Of a stretch of DNA of 47,843 nucleotides, positions 24,806 through 36,470 are shown piece by piece (position 1 is the first letter of the stretch; every line of letters starts with the position of its first letter). Location: contig NC_057719.1 in assembly GCF_004010195.1 (NCBI RefSeq), positions 22,407,174 to 22,455,016 on the forward strand, written 5' to 3'. The notes below the pieces were generated by a model, which was not told the origin of the DNA, searched no databases, and saw only the letters and a program-made list of their open reading frames with translations. Source of the DNA: Chiloscyllium plagiosum (taxonomy: Eukaryota). The position numbers were made by a program, and so were the translations under genes.

Positions 24806-27800
24806 GGAAAGAAAGACATTTTTGTACTAGTACAAATCGTACACCGTTATTATGCCATAAATCTGCCTCGATTTGCTTTTTAAAAAATCCTAATTACTCA
24901 TTGTATCACACGCGTCAATGCGACTTGTTGGGGTAGAGTTCAATAGTTATCGGTGTGGTAGGAAAATTGTATGGGCAGTGTTTCTGTGAGCCTGCAAATA
25001 TTTCCCAGGCCTTGAAGAAGTTAGCCATAAATCAGTGTAGGCTTCTACAACCATCCAAGGAAATCTGAACAAGCGTGAACAAATAAACTGCTTGTACAAA
25101 TTTCCTGTCACATTGTCAGTTCCTTAGTAAGTGGTTTTTCTTTATATGTGAGCACAGGCACTTCAACTACACACAGACACAAACACACACGTCTGGCAAG
25201 TCAACAGACTATACACTTGTGAAGGAAACAGATTAGATATAGATAAGTCCTACTCTGCCCTAGCAATATCCATACATAATCGGGTTCAACAAGAAGACAG
25301 TGATATGACTGACTTTTAGCTTCTTCCTCATCCTTAGTTTTGGTGTGCAGAAGCCAAAAGCAGAGTGCCACCTGCAATTATTCCTTCTGCACTCTTACAT
25401 TTTTTAGTAGAAAATGATTAGCCTGCCCTTTGGCAGATGAATTATATATTGCATATCCACTAATAGATATCACTTTAAAAAAAGGCCTAGAATATCTCAT
25501 GGCATTCTGCTGATTTCTCTGTGTGACTGAAGACTGTCTGTCCGAAAGCACTGAGCAAACAGCATAAAATCAACATTTTTAACTGATTTCTCTGTGGGGA
25601 TAATGCCAACTTCCCTCTGGACAACCAGCAGAAATGGTCAGTCTTTGAAATCCTCAAAATAGAAAGAAACAAAACCTGTGGCAAGACTGGGACCCACGTG
25701 TGATGCCTGAGTCACATGTGGAGTGAAAATCAGCTGTCAGTTTTGCTGTGGTGACTGCTGCCCTGTTATTCTCTGTTCTGCTATTCCAAAGCATATCAAT
25801 ATTTTCTCAAATCTTCTTTGATAAAACTGTACATAGCGATTTTCTTTTGGAATTCCAGTTTTATTGTTCAGCTGTTCTGAAACAACAGTAAAGTGACTCC
25901 ACTGTGAGATCAATATCTCAGTGAGTTCATACTCAGCCACTTGGATTTAGTGGCTCAAGTAGACTTTTTTGTGACCTTGGGAAGGATGTTGAAAGGATCA
26001 TCATTTCCTCAGCGTTACTATTCCACTGTTCCAGACATTCTCTCACTGGGTGACCTTTTCCTAGATTTTCACGACACTCGCTGACAAACACAACTTTTTT
26101 GTTCAAACCTAATATTTTTACAGCTTGTCGCAGATGACCAGGATGTAGCCAGCTGAAGTGGTGATGTGAACTTCTTTCCATATTTAATTTGCTATTGACT
26201 GAGTTATTTTGCTTACATAACACCAAGCAACTTGGATAAACACCATCCATTTGGCAAAAATTAAAAGTTTTATAAGCCTTTTTATCTATTACTCCATGTG
26301 CGCATTGCTACAAACAGCAGAATCATATCAGTATCATTTATTAGATATAATAACATAAATCTCCTTGTGCTTTATTTCAGTGAGAGTTTTGGCCTTGCTG
26401 TTTCTAATTCATATTGAATAAATGTTATAATTAAAACTTTCCTGTGCATCATATCTGTCATCTACACTTTTATCGATTTTCTTCCACTTCATTGGTTAGG
26501 GATCTGTTCTTTTCACCCTTCTAATTGATTATTTTGCCCTTTCGTTATACATCAATGATATTACATAAAACATTTGCAACCCCCCACCCCAATTTAAGGC
26601 TTTCTATAATAGCTTTAGAAATATCTTCACATTCCAACATGAAGCATGACATCTACCCATGGAGCTTATTGCGTGCCTTAAATTCAAAACTTAGCAACAC
26701 TAAGACAAAACTTGGACTTAGCTATAATCTGGGGCTACTGACACACTGTTATACAGTCTAGCAAATCTTACACTGCCACTCCACATCGTAGACTGTGACC
26801 ATATATTATGTCTGTGAAATAAAAAAGTGAAAAGGTAAGTGATATATTTTTCAGAGACCTTTGTTAGAACAACAAATTATTGACCAAAAGCTGCAATAGA
26901 ATCAGTAAATATTATGAAAGTGATGTAGTTAAGTATTTATTAAGATGCTGGGTGAAGAATTTAGGAATGGGATTAAATGAATGACACTTTGAAACAGTTG
27001 GCACAGGCATGGTGGTCAAAATGGTGACAACCTGTTCTATACAACCTGTGTTGAAGAGTATTACAACTCCTGAGGAGCCACTGGACACACAAAGGAACTT
27101 GTTCATATTTACATGGAACCAGTAGTATTCCTTATGTGCGCAAGAGCAAAGGTCCAGTCCATTTGGACAAGTATCTAACCATATACATTCTAGATGAGGA
27201 CAGTGAGTAGGCAGACTGAAAATGGACACATTCAGTGAAATGTAAGAGGCGGGGGCATGACAGAATTTTCTCTTATTTGTAATTCAATTGCACTCGAGCA
27301 GCAGAGATATTGTGAGGGAGGGATTGAAAATAGCAGAAATCTAGCGACAGGTAGAGGTTAAGGATGACGAGGATTAGAAAGATACACCCAAGGAAAGGTT
27401 GAAAGGGGGAAAGGAACACTGGAAAGAGGAAGAATTGCGGAGAAAGTGACCTATTTTCAGAGAAAGAAGGATTTTTTAAAACAGATGTAGAAATAAAAGC
27501 ATAGAGAGAGAAAACAAATGAACTGCAGACAGAATACAGATTGGAATAGGCCTAATTTTCTACCTCTGTAGATATCAAACCAAGTAAGAGAGAAAATGCT
27601 AAATAGATAATGAAGGACGAGATCTTGAGAGAGAAACCGTGTCAAGGAAACCAGAAAATGTTGCATTACACAAGGAGATAAACCAAATGAAACAGTGAAT
27701 AAGAGGTATGATGACAAAACGTCCCATTATGATGGATGGTGAGAGGTAAATTGTTGAGGGGAATCTGCCCTCTGGGGGGACATTGAGATATTTAACCTTG

Positions 27801-29439
27801 TTGCACAGAGGCCACCTCTCAAATTGAATGGATTACGTCCTCTTGGGTCTACTGTGTGCCTGAATAAAACAGCATACCCCCTGACTAACTGTGACCAATG
27901 CTGTCGTAGATCACTACATTTTTTTTTCATTATTCACATAGTAATGCATTTAATTAGAGGCATGCTGTAAGAAAGTTCATCTGCGAATCCTTCACATGCT
28001 GCAAGGCAAATTAAACTTTAAATATTGGAAACAGAATTATAATGAAAAAGTAATAGTATCAATTTTTTTTCCACAGAGGTTATTGCTAATTCATGTACAA
28101 CCATAGTAGTCACAAAGTAAAATGAGCTGTTTGATAAATGAGTATTTAAGACATTGAAATTATGCCATGTGAATATTAGCTTACGAATTTTAACACATTC
28201 TTGCAAATCCCTTTGTTCACTATTTCAATAGAGAGGTTAGTCAATTTTAAACTGATTTAAGCCCCAGACAAAGAAATTTTATATAAATGCCTTATGTTTG
28301 CATGTTGAAATTTGCACTGTGTAATTGCATGGTCTGAATCTTGCCAATTTGGTATAATATCAGACCACTCTAAGTTAGAAATTGCTTCATCCTTGACTTT
28401 GGTGAGGGTATATAAAAGGAATTTGCTGTCTCCAGACAGATATTGTAATCATGAAATACACACTGATTATACCATAAACAATAGCTCCAACCACTGTTTT
28501 GAAATTCATGCAGCTTTAGTGACATTTAGAAAAGTAGCAGCTGGACTGATGTCCAGACTAGAAATATAAAAGGAAATGTGAAACCTGAGTACAAGACGAA
28601 CAACATATAAAGAATGAGCAATATAAACAATACAATTAAAATGAAACAGACAGCAATCCATTCCATTTAGCTTCAAGCTCCAAACCAAATTGTGTTTCAG
28701 GGAGTTAAATGGTTGACCTGAGAAAACATCTGACAGGATTGATTCTGAAAGTTGCAAATTGCTCAGACATTTGTTCTTGTGAAAATAGGCTTTAGAATAC
28801 CTGATTATTATGATATTGAGATGTTGGAGCTTAACTTGTAGGTGTTAAAATATATTATCCATCACGCAATAAAGACATAGCTACATTCAGTAGATATCAA
28901 AATGTAGCACTTTGCAAATCTTAAAATGTTGCAATTTACGTGTTGTTCTAAATGTCATTGCATTCAACTGCATCCTGCTGCACCAGCAGTCATCATCTTC
29001 TACTGCCATATCCGTACCCACAGCAACCTTAAATTCTTCTACTCCCTCACCATGTTTTCGAAAGCCCATCTATAAGATCTCATTGAGTGAGCTTTTAATG
29101 ACAACTCAGTTCCTGTCACTCCACCCATCCCATTCTCCTGTGCTTTCCCCTTTTCCAATCTATTCCAAGATGGACATCTTTGCATCTGAAATGAAAATTG
29201 TTGACGTTCGGCTGAAGTGACAGTGGCTGAAGATTTTTTACCTAATTAATGCTTGCTTTGATACAATTTTCATTTGACCTCTGACAGTGTTTAAAGTGAG
29301 GTTTCAGCTTTCTCATCATATGATTTTTTGTAAGGTTAATAGATCAAGGTAAGCTCATGATATTTTCTTTAACATTATACATATTACAAAACATAGAAGT
29401 ATTATAAACTCTGTAAAAATAGCATGAAAGTTCAAAAGG

Positions 29440-30345
29440 CCATTGTCAGGTTGGCAGAATTGGGCGGTATTGTGGCAGATGAAATGATAGCAGTGAAAGT
29501 TGAGTTATTCATTTTGGCAGGAAGAAGGTAGAAAGACAAAATATAATCAAGGGTACAATTCTAAAGTGGATGTAAGAGTACAAGGTGTGAATGTGAGTAA
29601 ATCACTGAAGGTGGCAGGATGGGTTCTGAATGTAATGAATAAAGCACACACCATCCTGGACTTAATTAATAGGTGAATGGAATACAAAAGAAGGAAGTTA
29701 TGTTATGATTTGGAAATGCCGGTGTTGGACTGGGGTGTACAAAGTGTTTTAAAAAATCACACAACACCAGGTTATATTTATTTGGAAGCACTAGTTTTCG
29801 GTGCACTGCTCCTTCATCGCAGTGCTCCGGAAGGCACTGCTTCCAAATAAACCTATTGGACTATAACCTGAAGTTGTGCGAAGTTATGTGAAGCTTGCTT
29901 CAAATACTGGTCAGATTCAACTGAACTACTGTGTCCGGTTCTGAGTTCCAAAATTTAGGGAAGAGAGGGTCTTGCAGAAAGATTTCAGGTTTTGAGGAAG
30001 TTCAGCTATGTTAAGTATTAGGAGAATTTGGGGCTCCCCTCCTTGAAAGAGTTTGAAAAGAAATTTGACCAAGGTTCCAAAATCATGAGGGACCCAAACA
30101 GAAAGAGTGAAATTAATCTCTTTGGTGGAAGTATTGAAAGCCAGTTTAAATTTGTGGTCAAACGAGCAATAACGACATGGGGAAAAATGGAAGGACAATT
30201 AAGACATTCAAAGAGAATTAGATTATAAAGTGGAAAGAAGGAATTAGCAGGAAATACAAGAAAGAGCATTCAGTGAATTGCTCTTTCATAGAATGAGCAT
30301 GGACACAGCAGGCTGAATGGTGACCTCTACACTATAAATATTCTA
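29440..30345 (+). mobile_element. Old CR1 fragment interrupted by the PLE fold-back insertion
   Basis: TGGCAGATGAAAT (WQM), TTTTGGCAGGAAGAA, CTGGTCAGA...CTGAACTACTGTGTCCGGTTCTG (LVR..L.YCV.FW), GGCTGAATGG tail. Confidence 0.7.
29704..29879 (-). mobile_element. Fold-back PLE mini-insertion (same family as 4351-4529) nested in an old CR1
   Basis: GAAGTTATGT at 29694-29703 and 29880-29889. Shares TGATTTGGA...TACAAAG...AAATCACACAACACCAGGTTATA with the 4.4 kb copy; inversion point inside the HHR core at ~29818. Confidence 0.85.
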
Positions 30346-30524
30346 TAATTCTATTAGTGGGGGTTCAAGTGATTCCAAAAGATTATTATTGAAATTTTCA
30401 TATATACATTCCAGTAATAGCTGTCCTCACATCTGATCCTGCTGCCTAACTACCTACCCACCCACACACTTTTGTTGAATGCTTATCCAAATTCCTAGCT
30501 GTCTATTCCACCCTCTAAATACAT

Positions 30525-31150
30525 GAGCCATGCTCAATGGTAGCATTCCTATCTAAGTCGGAAGGCCATGGGTTCACGTCCCACTCAAGAAACTTCTCTA
30601 AATCCAGATTAATATATCAGCTCATTACTGAGGGAGTGCCATCCTCTTGTGGTAGCATCTTTTGACTGAGATGTTAAACTGAAACTGTTGTGCCCATTTC
30701 TATGGACAGAAATGTTCCCATTATATTTTTAAGGTGAGGGGAGAAAGATTTAAAAAAGACATGAGGGGCAACTTTTTCACGCAGAGTAGTTTGTATATAC
30801 AACGAACTTCCAGAAGAAGTAGTGGACCTGGGTACAGTTACAACATTAACATCCGGATCAGTAGATGAATAAGAAATGTTTGGAAGGATATGGGCCAACA
30901 GCAGGCAGGTGGGACTAGTTCAGTTTGGGATTATGTTCGGCATGGGTTGCTTGGACCGAAGGGTCTGTTTCCATGTGAAAGGAACATGCCCAATATTTAA
31001 AGGAGGCTTATTTTGTCATTTTCAGTGTTATTCATTGGACTTGGCAGTGTGCAAATCACCAGCTATCTTTTTACGTTATGACAGTGACTACACTTAAAGA
31101 ATTATCGAATTGGTCATAAAGCATTAATCATAAAACGTGCTATATGAATT
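30525..31150 (+). mobile_element. SacSINE1/Deu-domain SINE interrupted by a younger CR1 3' end (~30725-30975)
   Basis: GGTAGCA...GGGTTCACGTCCCACTC head, TACTGAGGGAGTGC...GAGATGTTAAAC Deu-like core; resumes ...GTGCAAAT...ACAGTGACTACACTT...GCTATAT. The insert ends TTGGACCGAAGGGTCTGTTTCCATG. Confidence 0.75.
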
Positions 31151-31389
31151 TGATTTTGTTAAATTATTTAAATAGGTGGTGCCAATCTCTGAGGGAAGTT
31201 TGTCAGATAGGGAGGCAGCTCCTGCTGTGTAATGCGGCTTTTGTTCTCACTGTCTTCTGCTTCTTGAAGACTGTTTGGGGTCCTGAAACTGAAATACAAA
31301 CAGAAAAAAAGGGACAAGTGTTAGCACTTAGTGACATGAGTAAGCAGAGACAGATGGTTAGTTTCTGAAAGCAGCAGCAACTTGTAATG

Positions 31390-31740
31390 GTAACCGTGGC
31401 TCCATTTGTAGCTCTCTTGCTCCCCCAAGTCAGAGTTGCAAGTTGAAGTCTCATTCCAGATCTTAAACAGAAAAGTCAGCACTGACAATATAGTACAGTA
31501 CTGAGGGAGTATCGTACTATCATTTGAATTAGGCAATGCATTAGACAATATTTAGCCCTCCAAATAAATAATTAAATCACAATTATGAATGAGTTCCTGT
31601 TTGTAGGAGCTGGCTGTGTACAAATTAGCTCATACACTTCCTTCATTACAACAATGAAAACACTTCAAAAGTATTATACTATATTGGCTATAACACAATG
31701 TGTGATGAACTGCTGTTTTGCAAGGTACTGCAGAAACATT
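31390..31740 (+). mobile_element. SacSINE1/Deu-domain SINE, degenerate
   Basis: GTACAGTACTGAGGGAGT; TGTTTGTAGGAGCTGGCTGTGTACAAATTAGCT...CATTACAACAATG..ACACTTCAAAAGTA..ATTGGCT. Confidence 0.7.
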
Positions 31741-32493
31741 TTTTATGCCATATGCTAGACATTAAAGGAGTGAAAAATTGTTTAAAACCATTCAAAATGC
31801 CATGCTCTTATTAGGCAACATGCCCATGATGCTTGTCATCTGATCTTCAGATGGGCTCGATTTCTGAAAGATGTGTAGTCCCAGGTACTGGCTATTCCTG
31901 TCAGGAAGGAGCATGTGAATTGAGTGATTTTTGAGCACCTGTTGGTCAGGGTGAAACAGTGGGCTTGTGAAAGATGGGCACATTGTGAGGAGACAAAGCA
32001 AGGACTAACAATGAAAAGTGCAAATGCAGAGTGACTACAGTAAGAGTTTGAGAAGATGTGTGAAATGAAGATGCTGTGGTGATTAATCAGAACTGGAGCA
32101 AGAGCTCATTCAAGGCTGAACAGTAAACAATGGAATATACCAGTTAAGAATGTTGTTGCTGGTGAAATTGTTCCATTTCTAGGGAACTTTGTAACTATGT
32201 CCTTTGCTGAGCACTTAAAAGAAAACAAAGAACTGCTGAAAATCAGAAACATCAACAAAAATTGCTGGAGAAACTCAGCAGGTCTAGCAGCATCTGTGGA
32301 GTGAAACAAAGTTAACATTTCAGGACCAGTAACTGTTCTTCAGAGCTGACCTTTACCTATTCCTTTGTCCAACTCTTGTTCTTTCTTAATAAAAATGGGG
32401 AAAAAAAACCTGCAGGTGCTGTAAATCAGAACCAAAAACCGAAATTGCTGGAAAAGCTCTGCAAGTCTGGCAGCGTCTGTGGAGAGAAATCGG

Positions 32494-32531
32494 AGTTAAC
32501 GTTTCAAGGTGAGTGACCTTTCCTCAGAACC
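32494..32531 (-). ncRNA. Minimal hammerhead ribozyme motif
   Basis: Minus strand reads GGTT-CTGAGGA-AAGGT-CACTC-ACCTT-GAAAC-GTT-AACT: stem I, core, 5-bp stem II and palindromic AACGTT at stem III. Confidence 0.75.
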
Positions 32532-32681
32532 GGAAACGTTATAGTTGCTGCCAGACTTGCAGAGCTTTTACAGCAATTTCTGAATTTCTTTCTTGTTCCT
32601 TCTCTCTCTGGGCTCCATCTCCATCTATCGATTACTTCTCCCACCTACCTATTCCACTTTCACCTTTTCCTAGTGACAATC

Positions 32682-32719
32682 AGTTCTGAAGAAGGGTCAC
32701 TGGACTTGAAACATTAACT
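32682..32719 (+). ncRNA. Degenerate hammerhead ribozyme motif
   Basis: AGTT-CTGAAGA-AGGGTC-ACTG-GACTT-GAAAC-ATT-AACT; stem III CG changed to CA (CpG-type decay). Confidence 0.6.
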
Positions 32720-35366
32720 CTGCTACCTCTCCACAAGTGCTGCCAGACCTGCTGAGTTGCCCCAGCAATTTGTTTTTAATTTCCTTCTCTGATCAATGTC
32801 TGTTTGCTCCTCCTGTCCTAAATTACCTTTCTACACGTAGAGGATGGCATATTACCAGTCTGACAGAAGTCATTCGACATGACCCACATACAGATTATTG
32901 TACGTGGTTTGTAACAGAGCAAGCTTGAAACCGATTAATAGTGACTTGAATTCCCCCACCTCCTTTCTAATTCAGAAACCAATCATCCTTGAAATGTCCA
33001 CGAAGAAGAAACAAGCATTTTTTTTTAAAAAATAAACTTTTTTTGTTTTGCAACACGAATAAGCTTCCTCGGTTTTGAGAGGCGCCTATTCGGGTGTTAA
33101 CTCACTCGACTTCCCAAGCCCCCGGTTAGCCTGGCGCCGGGGAGGGAACTCACTGACAGTGACAGTCGGTCAGGTCAGAGGCTGCTTGGGCGAGTAACCC
33201 TGGGGAAAGGGGAAAAACATACATTTCCCCCCAGAGCCTTCTGCCCTAATCAAACTTCCGCAATTCACCCCCGTAAAATAAAAACTCCACTTAAAAACAG
33301 GGGCTCACATAATCTCTGACATGGCCCTCTCACTCTGTGCCTCGATTCTGAAGTGGGGCGCTTCCTGGTAAACGGAACGCTGGCTAACCAAAAGAGAACC
33401 CTACAGCGAGCAATGTGACATCGAGCGTCAAATGCCACTGCATGGCAAAACGCACTTAAGCATTGCTCACACCTTTATGTAATTATGTTTTTTGTTTAAA
33501 AAAAAGACAGTCAATATCCACTGACGAGATGTGCGCCCGTTCAATGCCGCCCTCTCCCCTGCATGCAGTTTGTCCCTCTCACACAACCACTCTCGGTGTT
33601 TGTCCCTGCTATTGTGCACTCGTATTTCAAAGCGCCTTATTTCTCTCTCTCTACACCCCCCCCCCCCCCCCCGTACAGCGTGTCAATGTATCTTTTTATG
33701 TTTCTGGTTGGATGGTGAGATTCAAATCATTACGACAGCTGCAGTTTGCAGTGTCTCGCCTTCGCTGCACAGTAATTCTCCTTGGGTTACAGTGCCACCT
33801 CGCTAGAACCTGCTGCATCTGCTCCTGCTCTCGCTACCGCAGGCAAAGCAAGCAACTCGCCTCCAGCACTTGTCAACAGTGTGCACGGGGTTAACCCTAC
33901 CTGACCTGAAAAGGAGTTAACAACAAAATATAAACTGCATTGTATTGTTAGCTGGGTCGCACTTGATGGGTTCCCAGAGCGCGCACACAAAAAAAAACAA
34001 ACGCACCCAGAATAAGGGGGCGAATTCATGTGCCGTTCGCCTTTTACTTTTGGGGGGGTGAAGAGGGGATATTTTCCAGTCACCGGGATCTTAAGCCGAG
34101 GCTTTGTGAGTTCGGAGTCAAGCCGTTAGTTTTTTTTTTAATAAGTTGCAGCAAATCGTGCGATCAATGATACAATAACCACGCGAACCGACTCGGTAGC
34201 TCCCAGGAATGGGTCTCTCCCCTTTGCTGGCAAGGATTTTAAATATTCGAATCGTTTTGCTTTCAGATCCAGCGTAGGCAATAATAAAAATTCTCCCCGT
34301 TCACCACCCCCCCCCCCCAGCGCCTGCAGAATGGTCACTCTAGCATTGGAACATCTGAAAACACTGTCTCCACCCGCAGGGTTCCGGACGAAGAAAAAGG
34401 CCGGCGGAGGTGGACGACTTATTTATCTTTCTGCTGGTTTAAAAGTGCGAGTCCTTTTCCGGGCCACGGACAGTACAGCAAATGTTAGCTGGCCAAGTCC
34501 AATTTATTATTTTGAAACAAAAAAGAGACAGCGAAACGGTTAGTTGGACCACAAAACTGATTGTTTCTGCAAAAGCTTGTGAGTAACTACTATTAGAATC
34601 CCTCACAGCGACCCCCCCCCCCCCCACAAACTCTCTGTCGAATGATAATCAGCGACTGATCAATTGTATAATTCTGAGTTAACTTCTTTTCTGCCCCCCA
34701 CCCCCAACAGTTTAATACTTTAATTTGCTGCCAGCTGAGATTTTATGTGACTGTTGTGAAAGCTTATCAAGTTTGTTTTTTTTTTGGGAATTTTTTTTTT
34801 CTTTAAATTGAACAGTAAAACTCGATTTTTTAAACAGTTCCCATCAGCCATTTGAATGGTGTCGAGCCCACTACATTTCCGAGGCGTCTGAAGGTCAGGG
34901 AGAGAAAAAAAAACCCACAGGGCAAATGGGGAGGGGGGCTTTCACCCTTACCTCTTGGCCGATGAAATTTGGGTGTGGAGAGGGGAGGGGAGTGCAGATG
35001 AAATGAAAATACCAGCCACGGTGGCTGCTTTATCGGCAGTTGGTCCAAGGAAGGAGTGGGCAGAGACGTGTTGGGGGGGGGCGCTCCTGCATTTCACCTC
35101 CTGCCCAGGACAGAATTGGAGAGAGAGAGAGAGATGGGAGGGTCTGAGAGAGAGAGATCGCTGTCAGCTGAATTCATTACTGTAAACATCTCCCAGGGGT
35201 TTTAAGAGTGAAAGGGAAGACTTACATTAGCGATAAACAGTCTGATCAGCCGCATCATTACTGGCGTATGACTGCGTGCAGCAGGAATTCAGTCTGGAGC
35301 GCAAGAAAGAGTGATAAAGTGGCTGTTTTTTTTCTCTCTCTCTCTACTTCCTTTCTTTACCTAACG

Positions 35367-35373
35367 TATAAAT
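35367..35373 (+). promoter_or_regulatory. Candidate TATA box
   Basis: TATAAAT with a CA (YR initiator-like) at 35397-35398, 31 nt after the first T. Confidence 0.3.
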
Positions 35374-35387
35374 CCTCCCGTCTCTAG

Positions 35388-35674
35388 AAGAGAACCCACC
35401 GGCAGAGGCGACACTTGAGGGGCTCTGGGTGCTTTTTCAGGCAGCGGAGAAGGAAAGAGCCAGAGCATGGTCACACTGCTGAAGCAAAACCCGCCGCCGC
35501 TGGACTGAGCAGAGAACGCCGTTTCAGTGATGACAGAAACCGAGAGCAGGACAAGTCAGCCCCCAGCAACTACTGGGACTGCTCTCCCCAGATTGTCCGT
35601 CAAACCAGGGAAATCGTGAAGGAGAGAGAAAAGCAGAGGATGAGCGAGTCGCCGAATCGGACAGCAACGTAAAG
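35388..35674 (+). other. Putative 5'UTR exon of FLRT2
   Basis: Preceded by a pyrimidine tract, CTAAC branch-like motif (35361-35365) and TAG (35385-35387). Ends at AAG|GTAGTT (35674/35675), where composition switches abruptly to AT-rich. Alternative donor AAC|GTAAAG at 35668/35669. Confidence 0.5.
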
Positions 35675-35984
35675 GTAGTTGTAATCTCTCTTTTTTAAAT
35701 GATCGTTTGAATTTTATACATTATTACAATTTAAAAAAAAATTCTGGTGCTTACATCCATCACTTAATATTAACTACCCATCTCCGCTGCTTAAATTTTA
35801 GTCAATCAGGGAGTATTTTTGTTCCCCATTCTCTCTTCTGAATTGGCTTTTTAATAGTCTTGTTTTATTAACTGGCATGGAGTAAGCTGAAGGCTGTTAT
35901 ACTGACAGCCTATAGATTTTTCCAGCAGAGGCAGCTCTAGGTTGAAAAATACAGTTCTGAGAGTACGTGAATCCAAATGAACTA

Positions 35985-36030
35985 TTCATTTATTTCTTGT
36001 GTGTGTGTTTTTTTTTATCTAATGGAATAG
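35985..36030 (+). other. Candidate 3' splice site of the FLRT2 coding exon
   Basis: T-rich/GT tract followed by AATAG ending at 36030. This would give ~440 nt of 5'UTR in the coding exon. Other nearby AGs are possible. Confidence 0.35.
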
Positions 36031-36470
36031 GATTCTAGATGTACAAGGCAAGCTGAGATGACACCCTTTTCTGACTTGGAGCAGCAGTGTGTGATGAAGA
36101 GACTCCAGATTTAATAAACCCACCGAAAGCTGCTGGGCTCTGTCTTTGCATTTATATGTGCGCTTTCAAATTGCCAATCTCCAGTGAAAGCAGAATGTGA
36201 TGTGCTTTAGTTCTCACCACCAAGTGTCCTGGTTTAGATGGAAGAATTTGCAGGTCTCGGCTGTAGTTTACAAATTGCTGCTTCCACTATTAAGTCATAA
36301 AACAAAAACGCACACAAGGATTATTCTCACCAAGCACATGTACTGTTTCTGCTCCCAAGTGTTTGGATGAAGCAAATACTGGCTTTACATTCACAGGAGC
36401 TGCCTCTGGCATTGTGGATTTTTTAACCGCCTGCTGTTTTACAATTAGAATTCCTTAATTGTTAAGAGTG

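Larger units (their letters stand above)
32218..32785. mobile_element. Nested cluster of PLE 3' ends (third family)
   Basis: Minus copy ~32218-32348; plus copy ~32350-32386 continuing 32604-32785 with HHR at 32686. Inner fold-back copy ~32387-32590 with 34-bp inverted arms (32441-32474 / 32547-32580), flanked by TCTTGTTC(T/C)TTCT at 32374-32386 and 32591-32603. Confidence 0.8.
33050..35680 (+). promoter_or_regulatory. CpG-rich promoter / 5' non-coding exon region of FLRT2
   Basis: Sharp rise in CpG dinucleotides against CpG-poor flanks, poly-C and poly-G tracts, GA microsatellite (~35118-35157), no recognisable TEs, ends ~0.8 kb upstream of the CDS. Confidence 0.75.

Noticed and set aside
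24821..24836. 16-bp perfect palindrome TTTGTACTAGTACAAA
   Set aside because: About one such palindrome is expected by chance in 48 kb.
33791..33808. CTCF-like motif (minus strand AGCGAGGTGGCAC)
   Set aside because: Lacks the leading CC of the core; cannot be supported without PWM or ChIP data.
33463..33894. 143-aa ORF in the CpG region
   Set aside because: TTG start, poly-C-derived prolines, no recognisable domain.
36459..36470. ORF-track N-terminal extension MLRV
   Set aside because: Starts at TTG; the eukaryotic start is the Kozak ATG at 36471, which aligns with the recalled FLRT2 N-terminus.
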